64,000 nucleotides of DNA, taken from the NCBI RefSeq assembly GCF_001194135.2, contig NC_069000.1:21514997-21578996 (forward strand), in the 5' to 3' direction. Of the stretch, positions 36,301 through 50,400 are shown one piece after another. The DNA is from Octopus bimaculoides. Its lineage: Eukaryota. A program made the translations under genes and the position numbers. Within the stretch, counting starts at the first letter, position 1. Each line of letters opens with the position of its first letter. Below the pieces are notes generated by a model. That model saw nothing but the letters and a program-made list of their open reading frames with translations, had not been told where the DNA came from and did no database searches.

Positions 36301-39300
36301 GCTTAGAAAAACTGAAAGACTGCTGCAATTAAGAGTGTGAGTCTGAGAGGGGAATATATTGAATAAAATCATAATTAACTGATCTTCCTGTATTTCCTTT
36401 TACCCAGAGCCAGGAATATCTCAGCACCTCCTCGTACATTATCTTGGAAAGATATTCAAGGGTAACTTGTTGTATTATCTGAGCTCCCACATTAGGAGAT
36501 TTGAGTTAAATGTTTCAAGGTAATGAAATGGTTATAATATATCTGGTGGTTTTGTTTAGATTGGTGACTTGTATTTCTCAATGACATCTGTTTTCAGCTA
36601 GGTGAACTGGGCTTTTGAGAGCTGGATATCATTTGTGAGAGAATATTGCAGCACTGGTGATTGAGTATAAAATTAATCTCCTAACTGCCAGTTGGGTAAC
36701 ACCCTGTTGATGCAACCATAACATTCTTTTACATCTCACTCTGTCACATTAGAAATAGCAGCCAAATTCACTGTTGAATTGCACTTTACTATCTTTAAAA
36801 AAGTTCATATTGAATGATAATGTAGTCCTAGATATTCTGGTTGAATAAAGAACTGGATGACTATAGTAGAAAAGCTTATTACTGGATGGTCTCAATGAGA
36901 ATGCCTCTGATCATGTCTACTTGGTCAGGTTGGCATGGCACTAAACAACATTTCATTTGCAGTAATAAGGTGAAAGAGAGAAAATAAGAAGTTATTGATG
37001 TCTAGAGGATAAAACAGTTTTTGACTCTACCTCTATTTTCAGGAGACTCACTTTTAGCAAATAGAAATAGAAAAGAATTGATGGATAGTAAAATTCTGTT
37101 GGTTAGGCAGATCTGCAAATATAAGCAATTCTTGGAGATAGCTTTTCTTAAAAGCATTTATAGAGGTAAATTTTTACTGCTGTTGTTTAGCAGACCTATG
37201 AGCAAGGTATTCCAGTTGTGTTTATCTTGTCTTTTTCCTTGAGTATTTAAGACTACAGTATTCAATGTGTCCTCTCTGTTTTTATGACAGTATGATGTAT
37301 TATCTGAAGGATACTAGTTGCTATTTCTAGCAGATCAAGTGACTCTCTTATTTACTTGCAAGACTTAATTCTTTTCTGATTTGGTAGATGCAATGTACTT
37401 TGCCTAAAAAGGACTGAACCCAAAGTGATAGCAAGATTGCTCCTTATATATATCCAAGGGGCCAGTAGTGTTAAACCTTCATTATTTTAATGTTATATAT
37501 CTTTGTCAATGGAAGATGAGTTATATAATTTCAATGTCCTTTGTTTGTGACAGGTTGCTGAATTATTGTATTGTTACATCTGGAACAGTAGCTGCTCTAT
37601 ATTCCACTCAGTCATAACAAGTGATCATGTCAAAAGTTTTGGTAAGTATCTTGTAAAATTTGTATTTCTGTATCCCCTCCTTCCTGCTCTCTGCTGTAAG
37701 ACCCTGCCCCCAAAACACTAGTCCTTACTTCAAGTAAGAGCACAACATTAGATCCTCCTCCTCCTCCTCCTCCCCACTTCCTATGCCATCCTCCCACCTT
37801 CCTTCCATCCTCTCCCCTCTTCCTTATTGATATCATCGTCATCATCATCATAATATGTCTTTTATGTCCATATTACTATGTTAATGTGGAGGCGCAATGG
37901 CCCAGTGGTTAGGGCAGCGGACTCGCGGTCATAGGATCGCGGTTTCGATTCCCAGACCGGGCGTTGTGAGTGTTTATTGAGCAAAAACACCTAAAGCTCC
38001 ACGAGGCTCCGGCAGGGGATGGTGGCGAACCCTGCTGTACTCTTCCACCACAACTTTCTCTCACTCTTTCTTCCTGTTTCTGTTGTGCCTGTAATTCAAA
38101 GGGCCAGCCTTGTCACACTCTGTGTTACGCTGAATATCCCCGAGAACTACGTTAAGGGTACACGTGTCTGTGGAGTGCTCAGCCACTTGCACGTTAATTT
38201 CACGAGCAGGCTGTTCCGTTGATCGGATCAACTGGAACCCTCGATGTCGTAAGCGACGGAGTACCAACAACAACCATGCTAATATGAGTTGGATGGGTCT
38301 TCTCCAGTTCAGTGTTTCGCTCCATGTTGCATCCCCTTGTTACCTCTTCCATGAAATTTAGCAACCCGAGGTCAATCTTCACCATTTCTTTGCTCATCTG
38401 TTCTGCAAGAAGGTTTCTTTCCGCTTGGATTTCTTGATCCTTCTTCACCCAGCTGTCAGCCTTAGTGTACATCTCATGTCTGTTCTCTATCAGCACTGAT
38501 ACAGAACAGAACATTGTTTCAGTTTCCGATCTGCTTCTTGCTGATCCAGACAATCATTGGTCTATCATTTATAGTAATCAGCCTTGTGGTAAAAAGCTTG
38601 CTTCCCAACTACATGGTTTCAAGTTCAGTCCTACTGCCTGGCACCTTGGGCAAGTGTTTTTTTTTTTTTTGCTATAACACTGGACCAACCAAAACTTTGT
38701 GCATGGATTTAGTAGACAGAAACTGAAAGATGTTTGTTGTTTTATATGTGTGTGTGTTACTGTTTCCTTGACTGTGTGTGATAGATGTAAAAAAAGTGTT
38801 ACCATCATGCTAGGAGTGTCCTTTGTTTATAATCTATGAAAATATGTTTGCTCAAGGGGAAATATTACCTTAATTGGAAACCGGTTTGTGACAGGATGGG
38901 CATCCTGCCATAGAAAGCCTGCCTCAACAAATTCCATATGACTGATGCAAGAATGGAACAGTGAACATTTAAATGATGATGATGATGATGATGTCCCTTG
39001 AAAATTTGTTTATGGGTGATTATAAAGTGCTGGCCAAATTGATGAGGCTTTTTTTTAACATACAGCCTTCCAACTGAAAAGTCAGTTATTCATATCCTAT
39101 CATTGTTCCCTTATGCCTGACAACAGCAACATCATATAGATATAATTCACTGCTGTAATTAAAAATATTGTATAAGTGATGAGTGTTGTTGATTAGCTCT
39201 AGGTCACACTCTGATTGAATGTACCTATGATTAAATGCAGTCCTTCCATGACCATCTTATCACTTATTTTCAAATATAATGCATCTAGAATTAACCTATT

Positions 39301-41396
39301 AGCATTCAAATCACTCTGTCAAATGTGCTACTTATTTATTCACATTGTTTTGAATTAATCATGTGTTATCTTGTAGCTTTGAGATTTCAATGATACAAGT
39401 GTTTATTTTTAGAATGACATTACAGGACAGGTGTGAGAAGCCAGATCTGGCCAGTTTGAACATAAAACAAATTGAACATTTGGGCTAGATACAGCCGATA
39501 TAAATGCTAAAGGGTTAAATCATCCAATGTGTCCTTTTTTTTTTAAGATCATAGTATGTGCTTTGATGGGGATTTTTATGCTGCTTCCTTCAAGGCAAAT
39601 GACCAGGTTAGCTTGTCCTGTAGAAGGTAAAGGGAGATCATCGCAGTGTATTCTCACTTCAGTTATTACAACACGGCTAATGGTCTTAAGAGATCAGTTT
39701 CAAATTTGATAAACGAACTGTAATTAAAATAGAAAAATAAAATGAAGGAAATTATTAAACAGGAATAAAAGTAATTTTCTTCGCAGGTAAGAAAACAGGA
39801 TTCAACTACTAGCTGGGAAGGGACTGTGCTCAATGCCCAGAAAAGGAGTAGGAAGGAATTTCATTCTGTCTAGGGAATGTAAATTGTGCACAAAAGGTAC
39901 ATTAACAGACAAGCCAACAAAGAATATAATGGATGCACATGAGTAGTTATTGTACGAACATCTTTGAAATGAATTCTTTCAAGTATCCTGCAGGCTCCTT
40001 AAAAGTACATGGCAGCTTCTATTACCTAGGTAGCCTAATCAGAAGTGGAGACGAGCATTCTGAAAACAAGTAGCTAGAATAATGGTTTATGAAGCATTTG
40101 TTTTTCAAATAGTTGATATACTTGAATATAGGCCTAGCTTTGGGAAAATATTACCTTGTTTGGGAAAAGGTGAGGTGGCAACAGGATAAGAATTTAGCCA
40201 TAGAAAATCTGCCTCAACAAATTTTGTCTAACCCGTGGAAGCTTGGAAAAGTGGACGTAAAATGATGATGATAGTCCAAGGAAAATGGAAATTTTTTTAT
40301 ATATACATAGGTGCAGGTATGGCTGTGTGGTAAGAAGCTTTTTTCCCAACCTCATGTTTTGGGGTTCAGTACCACTGCTGGACACATCGGGCAAGTGTCT
40401 TCTACTATAGCCTTGGGTTGACCAAAGCCTTGTGGGTGGATTTGATAGATGGAAACTGAAAGAAATCCCTTGTATATATTTATCTATATGTGTGTGTCTG
40501 TGTTTGTCCCCCACCACTGTTTGACAACTGGTGCTGGTATGTTTACCTCTTTGTAACTTAGTGGTTTGGCAAAAGAGAGTGATAGAATAAGTACCAGGCT
40601 TTTTTTTGAAAAACCGTAAGTACTGGGGTTGATATATTTGACTAAAAATTCTTCAAGGTAGTTCCCCAGTATGGCTGCGGTCTAATGACTGAAACATATA
40701 AAAGATAAAAGATTGGTTGTTGCTGAGTGCCAAGTTCTGTGATCAACAACATTCCATTCTTGCCCATCCTTTCTTTTCTTTTTTTTTTATCTGATATAGT
40801 TTAATCTAATACATTATCTAATGTGATTTCACTTTTAGTAAGATGATAGAATATAATTTGAGAGGTATTTGGCTGCTATTTCTACCAGATAGAGAATCTG
40901 TGTAGAGATTTGTTGGCATAGGTTAGATGAGAAATATGGACAACTAGAACACTTATTTATTTTTCAAGGTATTTTTATGTTACTGATCTTCATAAGACAT
41001 ATTTGCTGAGCTACAGGATCATCATCATCATCCGTTTTCCATGCTGGCATGAGTTGGACGTTTTGACAGGAGCTAGCCAACTGGGGAGCTGTCCAGACTC
41101 AAAATTGTCTGTTGTGGCATGGTTTATATGGTTGGATGCCCTTCCTAACACCAATCACTTTACAGAGTATGTTGGGTGCTTTTATCATACCACTGGTATG
41201 GGTGCGTTTATGCAGCACTGGCATGACTGCATTTTATGTGGTACCAGCACTTGTAAAGGACAAGCTTGTATGTATGGATGCCAGTGATTTTACTTGGCTT
41301 GATATGACTTCTCAAGTACAGCAAATTACCATAACTTCCGGTCCCTTGAAAACATCACTGTTTTGCTGAAACTGTGTCAGTATGAAGACATGCGGG

Positions 41397-41428
<32 letters not shown>

Positions 41429-44400
41429 TCATTTCTGTCTACCAGATTTCACTCTCGACACATTGCTAAGTCTGAGACTATAGTAGAATGCAATAATTGC
41501 TCATGGTGCCATATAGTAAGATTGAGCCCAAGATCACATGCTTACGAAGCAAACTTTGTAACCACACAGCAATATCTCTGCTTATTACATTACAAAAAAT
41601 TGTAGTTTTTAAATACAAACTGTAAAAAGGTATATATTCTTCTCTGCAATAGAATTTCAAGTGGTTTTATATAATCCGCTCTCCTCTAGGCACAAGGCTT
41701 GAAGTTTTGTGGGAAATGGCTATTTGCTTACATTGACCTCAGTACTCAACTGATACCTTATTAACCCTGAGGAATTTGAACTCAGAATGTAAAGCTAGGG
41801 GCTGGCATGCTAATGATGCTGCCAGTTTATCACCTACATGGTTTTATGTAATGCAATATACACAGCTCTCGTAAAGCAAAATCCTTGGGTGATTGAGTTA
41901 TCTATCTTCCAGCAAGTGTAATGCTGGAAGTCGTCCTCCTCCTCCTCCTCATCATTATTGATGTCCATCATTAACAAGACCAAAGAAGTTCAAAATTACA
42001 TGATCTGGTGGTCTTGCTGCCGGAGATGGTGGAGATTTATCTCCCAGCTAGCGATATAAACAAGTGTACATTTTACAATAATGTACTCTTAGATTATTGT
42101 AAGCCAATAAGGAAGTTTCTCTCATGGTATCTACTACAGTATAGTTTGTTCTAACAGAACATCCGCATTAAAGTGGGGATAAATATTAACTGTCGGTATT
42201 AATGTTGCCTTTGTTGTTAATATATACTGAACAAAGTCTACTTGCCAAGCTCTTAATTATCTGCCCTTGGACATAACCTTATCTTCCCCACTTTTCTTTC
42301 TTGTTTCCCATGAGCAGCTTACAGCAATGGCTCTCAATCGGGTCCATATGATCGTTGGAGTCCATGCTAGCAAAATAGTAAATTGGGGATCTACAGTAGT
42401 ATTTTAAGGGTCTATGAAAAGTTTTGATTTAAATGTATGTATTGCAAGAAACAGCTGGGTTTCTCTAACATTTTACATTGTGCAATCTATACAAGTGAAT
42501 GTGTGAATAACATAATGGGAATCTTGAAAGAAATATCTATAAAATTAGTTTTTAAACACCCACTAGAATAGCATAGTAAACAAAGGGGTCCATAGGTAAA
42601 AAATGTTTGAGAACCACTGGTTTCATCATCATCATCATCATACGTCCGTTTTCCATGCTGGCATGAGTTGGACGGTTTGGCTGGGGACTGGCAAGCCAGG
42701 AGGCCGCACCAGGCTCCAATCTGATCTGGTAATGTTTCTACAGCTAGATGCCCTTCCTAACACCAACCACTCCGAGAGTGTAGTGGGTGCTTTTTACGTG
42801 TCACTGGCATGGGAGCCAGTCAGGCAGCACTGGCATCGGCCACGTTTGGATAGTGCTTTTTACGTGCTACCGGCACAGGTGCCAGTCGTGTTGGGGGAGG
42901 AGGAGCTGACACGAAAGATGCTTATTGCGTGTCACCAGCATGAGAGCTAGTCAGGCGGCACTGGCATCAGCCACAACTACAATTTCCATTTGTAATTTTG
43001 ATTTTTGATTTTACTTGACTCAATAGGTCTCCTCAAGCACTGCGTGTCGCCAGTCTAATAGTTAGGATGTAGGACTCATGACCATAAAGTTGTGGTTCTC
43101 ATTTCTGGATAGGCAGTACACCGTATCTTTGAGCAAAGATCATTATTTCATATTGCCCCAGTCTAATCATCTGAAATGGAATATCATCTGGATTCTAGTG
43201 CAGCTCTCTCTTCCACCAGCTTTAAAATTCTGGATGTCTCCTGAGTTAAAAGGGTGGTGGGGTGTGGGGGGCAAGAGGGTATCAGTGCCTGATTGCAAAT
43301 ACATCTTGTTATATTTTATCTTGTTTCAGTCATTAGACAGTGGCCATACTGGGGCATTGCCTTGAGGAATTTTAGCCGAACTCATCAACCAACCCCCCAG
43401 CACTTATTTCTTTTATTTTTTAAAGCTCAGTACTTATTCTATCAGTCTCTTTTGCTGAACCACTATGTTATGGGGACATAAGCACACCAACACCGGTTAT
43501 CAAGCAGTGGTGAGACACATATACATATGCACAACAAGCTTCTTTCAGTTTCTGTCTACCAAATCCACTCACAAAGCTTTGGTTGGCCCAAGGTGCCATG
43601 CAGTGAGACTGAACCTGGAATCATGTGGTTGGGAAGCAAACTTCTTCCTACACAGCCATGCCTAAGCACCTAAAATAATTGGTGAAAACTTGGCACATGT
43701 CACCAAATTAACCTCCTTGTGAATGATAGCTGGTTTTTTTTAATATTATTCATTTACTAGTTTCAGTCACTGGGACAGTGGCCATGCTGGGGCACTGATA
43801 CTGATTTCAGTTGCTTTCTAATTTGTGGGGGGAAAAAAAAAAAATCACATTTTACTGATCTATGTAAATGGATAAAGCTTTTCACACCCATGCCTCAGCT
43901 ATCAATTATAATTCCATGGAGAAAAATAATATAGGTTTTGAAGAAATTAAGAATTTTTGATGTATCACATTGTTCTGACCAAAAATATTACTATTTGCTA
44001 TTCTTTTGTTTTTTAATTTGTGTTTTGTTTCTTTCTTTATTTTTTCTTATGTTGTGTTGAACAGAGAAGTTCCCAGAAATGAATTTATACACTGGTGTCA
44101 AGGGCAACACCAGTCCACTTACATTGATCACAGAAAAGATACTTGCCTATTTCCTAGGAGACAAGCTCAATATTACAGACAGGAAATTATGTACAAAACA
44201 GTCCAATGGGGTAAGTTTTAGTGTAAATATGTATATATATATATATATGGTTCAAATTTATAAAAAAAACAACAGAAAACAGACAGTTGAGGGAACAACA
44301 AGCAAGGTGTATTAGTTTAATGCTTGGAAAAAATGGAAAAGTCTTTGATGTTTCAAGCCTGTGCTCTTCAACAGAAAAGGATGAAAAAAATGGAGAGAGA

Positions 44401-47400
44401 GAGAAAAAAAAAGACTGAAAAAAAATGTCAAGGCTAATGGTTCCATATATATAAATTACACTGTGAAACAAAATTTTTATTTTTTTCATCTATGGTTATT
44501 TCCTATTTGCTTGTATCTTGAAATCAAATGACTACCATTCCCTTCAAACTTTGCTTTTGTGATCTGGACATCAATTTTTGAAACTGACCTATTTTCCATT
44601 ACATTTCAGACAAATTCAGCACTATGTTGCTGAAGCAGAAATATCATTACAGCAAATATTCTGCTCAATATCAGAGATTTGCTTGTCAGTTGCTTGACCT
44701 TAACCACTTGAGCATGTCCCCTTTGTAGCTGACAGTGGCTGATCATGAGCAGGAGTAGCATAGCCATGTGCAGCGAGGGATTCTTTGGGATTTGAATAAA
44801 TGTAACAAAAGCAAAGTTTGAAGGAAATATTAGCCATTTTTCATGCTTTCTAGGGGTGAGCAAATAGGAAATAACAGTTGCTACCCAAGAACAAAAATTG
44901 TATTACATAATGTTGTCATATAGGTATTTACAGCAAAGTTCTATTCTGACCAACCTTCTGTAAGTCAGTAAGAACATAACATATAAGATCTAAGCATATT
45001 TGACTTTATTCTTATTTTGGTGTTAGTGTGGTGCTATTTCATATTCCTTATGAACATGTATTGTACTTTGTCAGAATTCTATTTTATCTTTTTAATAGAT
45101 TATCGTATGTAGTTAATATCTTGCAATGTTTTTCTCTGATTTTCAGTGTATGATTTTTTCAAGTGACTGAACAGTCCAATTCTTGTTTGAAAATTTTCTT
45201 TGTAGTCATTTTGTATTCATTTCTTCAGTCTTGAAAATACTTGAAGCCTTAGCATGAATTGTTAGTAGATTTAGTGGCACCCATTATTTGTTTTAATCTG
45301 TTCTGCCATCTAGAATTTCAACAATCTCTCCATTTTGTGGATAGATCTTTGTTGCCTCTTTGCCATTACAATCGACCAAACTTTTTGCTGCAACATACTC
45401 AGACATCTCAAAGACACCATCGTTTTTGAAAAATTTATTTTGAGAAACAAGATGTTCTTTGATACATTCAGATATTTAATCTAGTTTTAAGTAGGCATGC
45501 TTTGTGCATAATATGTTATCAAATTTGAATCACCAGGTAGTGCCTACATAAATAGAATGGTATATTGAAGGGTGTCTACTTAGTTTTGAGATATCTGTAT
45601 ACATTATTTCATTACTCTTAACAATAATAGAAATTCTAAAAATAGATCTTCATGTTGGTTAATTATTTTCATTTCAACTTTCAAATCTATTTCCCCTGTT
45701 TCTTACCTGATGTGTTGTTAGATGGAAAAATCTTGCATTTTCATGATGCCTTTCTGGTGTGGTAAGTCCATAGAAGTTAAGTGAGACACTTGCTATATGA
45801 CTCAGGTCAGATCAGATCAGATATCGTGGGGCATGCACTGAAGTATAACTGATGCTAAGAGATACTATGCTGCTGCTCAGAGATACTGACTCTTGTACAG
45901 CATGCTGGAATGTATAGATTATTGTAGAGATAATCATATTGTGGGTGGTGATGAGTCACAGAGTATCTGTATATACATAACATGGGAAACAAAAATATTT
46001 TACAGCCAATATTAACCCTTTCATGATGGGCATATTTTTAATATACGTGAAATCCTAATAAGTAGGAAGGTAGATAAAACACAAACCCCTTCAGGTAGAT
46101 GGCCCTGCTCAGTATGTAGAAAAGGAGTAGGTAGTAACTCTATAAGATGTACCCGGTGCAAGCTATGGACACATAAGAGGTGCAGCAACATCAAAGGCAG
46201 GTTAACTAGCAAGTTAGTTTTTGTTTGTGGCAGATGTTCAGGTGCAATAAAGACTGCAAACAAACAGGAAACAACTTCTATCTCATTCCAGGGTGAAAAA
46301 CTAGAGGTAGTCGATAGCTTCCGCTATCTGGGCGACCAAGTTAGTAGTGGGGGTGGGTGCGCTGAAAGTGTAGCTGCTAGAATAAGAATAGCCTGGGCNN
46401 NNNNNNNNNNNNNNNNNNNNNNNNNNNNNNNNNNNNNNNNNNNNNNNNNNNNNNNNNNNNNNNNNNNNNNNNNNNNNNNNNNNNNNNNNNNNNNNNNNNN
46501 NNNNNNNNNNNNNNNNNNNNNNNNNNNNNNNNNNNNNNNNNNNNNNNNNNNNNNNNNNNNNNNNNNNNNNNNNNNNNNNNNNNNNNNNNNNNNNNNNNNN
46601 NNNNNNNNNNNNNNNNNNNNNNNNNNNNNNNNNNNNNNNNNNNNNNNNNNNNNNNNNNNNNNNNNNNNNNNNNNNNNNNNNNNNNNNNNNNNNNNNNNNN
46701 NNNNNNNNNNNNNNNNNNNNNNNNNNNNNNNNNNNNNNNNNNNNNNNNNNNNNNNNNNNNNNNNNNNNNNNNNNNNNNNNNNNNNNNNNNNNNNNNNNNN
46801 NNNNNNNNNNNNNNNNNNNNNNNNNNNNNNNNNNNNNNNNNNNNNNNNNNNNNNNNNNNNNNNNNNNNNNNNNNNNNNNNNNNNNNNNNNNNNNNNNNNN
46901 NNNNNNNNNNNNNNNNNNNNNNNNNNNNNNNNNNNNNNNNNNNNNNNNNNNNNNNNNNNNNNNNNNNNNNNNNNNNNNNNNNNNNNNNNNNNNNNNNNNN
47001 NNNNNNNNNNNNNNNNNNNNNNNNNNNNNNNNNNNNNNNNNNNNNNNNNNNNNNNNNNNNNNNNNNNNNNNNNNNNNNNNNNNNNNNNNNNNNNNNNNNN
47101 NNGGCTTGTGCGGGTGGCACATAAAAGACACCATTTCGACCGTGGCCGTTTTCGTGCGGGTGACACGTAAAAGCACCCACTACACTCTCTGAGTGGTTGG
47201 CGTTAGGAAGGGCATCCAGCTGTAGAAACTCTGCCAAATCAGACTGGAGCCTGGTGTTGCCATCCGGTTTCACCAGTCCTCAGTCAAATCGTCCAACCCA
47301 TGCTAGCATGGAAAGCGGACGTTAAACGATGATGATGATGATGATGTGTGGCTGTGTGGTAAGAAGTTTGCTTCCTAACTACATGATTCCGAGTTCAGAC

Positions 47401-50400
47401 CCACTGTGTGGCTCCTTGGACAAGTGTCATCTACTATTGCCTTGGGCTGTTCAAAGCCTTGTGAGTAGATTTGGTAGATGGAAACTGAAAGAAGCCTGTC
47501 ATATATATATGCACACACGTGCCTTTGTTTGTTCCCCACACCACTTGGCAGCCGGTGTTGGTGTGTTTGTGTCCCTGTAACTTAGCAGTTTAGCAAAAGA
47601 GACTTATAAAAAAAGGCTTTAAAAAAATGTACTGGTGTTGATTCATTCGACTAAAAAGGTGGTGCCCCATGCCCCAGCACGACCACAGTCTCATGACTGA
47701 AACAAGTAAAAGATAATCAAGAATTTAATAAATTAACCTTTTCACTATTAAGACAGTTTTGGAATATAACTAAGCATAAGCTTCTTACAAGAAAAATATG
47801 ATGGAAAGTTTTAATTTATGTATGAAAATTTTAAAACAATTAGTTACATATCATAGAACCAGAGACTGTCTCGGGCAAAAAGTTCAATGACAAAACTAAA
47901 TTACTCTGAATTGATTTGCTGTGAGAAGTGACAAATCTAATGTTTCAGGTACTTGATCATTTTCAGAGAGAGGAAGGACAGAGAGAATGTAGAGGCGTTG
48001 ATACCTGAGTTGCAAAATTGTGAATGAGAAATGAAAGAAGGGGTAGAAATATGTAGGAGGGGAGAGGGAGAAACGCATCATGTGAGTAGTGTGGGAGCTG
48101 CATAATGTAGGAGAAATTTAAAACATGGGGATTTGGTGGTCAAAGATTGCAGCAGATCAGTTGAGATAGTGGATGTCAGGGGAAGAGAGTTAAGAGATAA
48201 TTGGGGAAGCAGGGCAAAGTAAAGCAATGAATAAAATGATATATATGTACATACACACACACACACAAACACAATAAGATAGCAAACATGCAATCAACTG
48301 GGTGGGGAGTGGAAAGGGGGAGTGAGCTAGTAGCAAACACTGAAGAGCTGAGATATGAAGAAAGTTAAGAGAATTATGAATTTTAATCCTTTAGCATTCA
48401 GATTATACTATCAAATGTAATGCTTATTTATTCACATTGTTTTGAATTAATCAGGCAATATCTTGTCGCTCTGAGATTTTGATGGTGTGATAATTTATTT
48501 TTAGAATGACATTGTGGGGTAGGCGTGAGAGGCCAGACCTGGCCAGTTTGAACATAGAACAGGTAGGATATATGAGCTGGATATGGCTGGTTTAAATGCT
48601 AGAGGGTTAAGGAGTTGTTAGAATTATAAAGGAAAAGTATGTCTAGAAAAGTGTAGTTGATGATGGAGAGGATAGAAATAGGAGAAAGAAAGAGTTGAGC
48701 GATAATGAAAGTAGAAAGGTAAACAAGTACATTAACTGCAAGAGCTACATGCATGCCAGTATATAGTATAGTAATGGGCAAATTGTGAGTTACATACAGC
48801 CCATAGGACTTTCTGAATGGCATGCCTATGAGAGATTACGTTGAATTTTTCTAGTAGTGCTGCCCACCTGATCAGCCATGTCCCATGTGCCCTGCTTCTT
48901 TAAAAAGTTATGGTATGTACAGTTGCATGTGCAATGAATGTACAAACTGTAGTCGGTAAATGTGGATGCAAAGCCATATACACATAGATACAAGACAATG
49001 TAAACAAATACAGGCCAAAGATAATAAAAATAGAGTAAGCAAGTATAGGTTCAAGTGTGGCTGTATGGTAAGAAGCTTGTTTCCCAACTATATAGTTCCA
49101 GGTTCAGTCCTACTGCATGGCACCTTGGGCAAGTGTCTTCTACTATAGTTGCAGGGCCAATGAAAGCCTTGTGAGTGGATTTGGTAGACAGAAACTGAAA
49201 ACTCATATGTGTCTTTATGTCTGTGTTTGTTCCTCATCACTGCTTGACAACTGGTGCTGGTGTGTTTATGTCCCCTGTAACTTTGCGGTTTGGCAAAAAA
49301 GATTGATGAAATACCAAACTTAACAAAAAAATGGTACTGGGGTCAAGTCATTCAACTAAAAAATTTTTCAGGCAATGGCCCAGCATGGCCACAGTCTAGT
49401 GACTGAAACAAATAAATTGTAAAAAGTACACTTATCTACAAGAACTGCATGTATATGATGGTCAACTTAAGAGTTCATAGGCTGATCAAAATAGTTTCAT
49501 GGAATGTGACAAAATGAGGTTTATTTTTCGACATAGTCCCCTTTGTGGTCCACACACCTCTTTGGTGTTGCAGTGCTTGGATCCCATTGGTCAAACAGCT
49601 TTATGTTGGTAAAAAAAAGTCAATAACAGCAAATATGATGTCATCATCACTGCAATACTCGTTCCCATTCAAGTGGGGTTTTTTTATGTTGGGAACAGAT
49701 TTTAGTCAGATAGGACCAAATCAGAAAATAAAGAGGGCGATCAACCAGCTCGAAAGAGCCATTGAAAGCAAGGACTTGTGTGCTGGAGCATTGTCCAGGC
49801 ATTTGATCTTGATGACCTTTTTTAACTGTCTCAGTAAGTTGGCATAGTACTCTCCATTGAGAAGGAGATGTAATATAGAGCCTGAATTTAGCAAAGTGAA
49901 AGAGTGTTGAAATGCTTGGGTTCAAGTGTGATGTGATGGACAAAAAAATATTCTGAAAGCTGAATAATGACATACAAGGTGAAAAAGAGCTTAGATGATC
50001 TAGAAGGGTTGAAAAAGATTTGGAGAGGTGAAGGAGATAGTTGATGTCCTTGATCTAAGATGGAAGAGAAGCAATCAGGGGGAACATAAGTTGGTTGAGA
50101 TTGCCAGATATTAGTTTGGTAGTGGAGATGCAAGTGGAGATACAAATGGAATTGCCAAGAGTATTGGTGTTGTGGAGAAAGTAGATGGCAAAAATGTGAA
50201 GTTGATGGTAGGAGGAGATGAGCTGATGTATGAGAGTAGAGACTAGCTTTTTGTTTATACCATCACTAGAATATTTTAGGTAGAACCAGTAGTTGCTAAG
50301 TTGACTCAGGCTTCCTTAGATCAGTGTGCCAAAGAACTGCCTTTTGTCACTATACTTCACATATCTGTGCTGATGCAGTCTTTGTTCTTGCTCACTCTCT

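Noticed and set aside
37886-37965. tRNA-like sequences with A and B boxes (also near 6760, 20272 and 20762)
   Set aside because: They continue into multi-copy SINE bodies and lack a paired acceptor stem, so they are SINE heads rather than tRNA genes.
47950-48800. Strongly purine-skewed tracts (also 49850-50260 and 59050-59750)
   Set aside because: No readable ORF or termini; probably old low-complexity repeat remnants that I could not classify.
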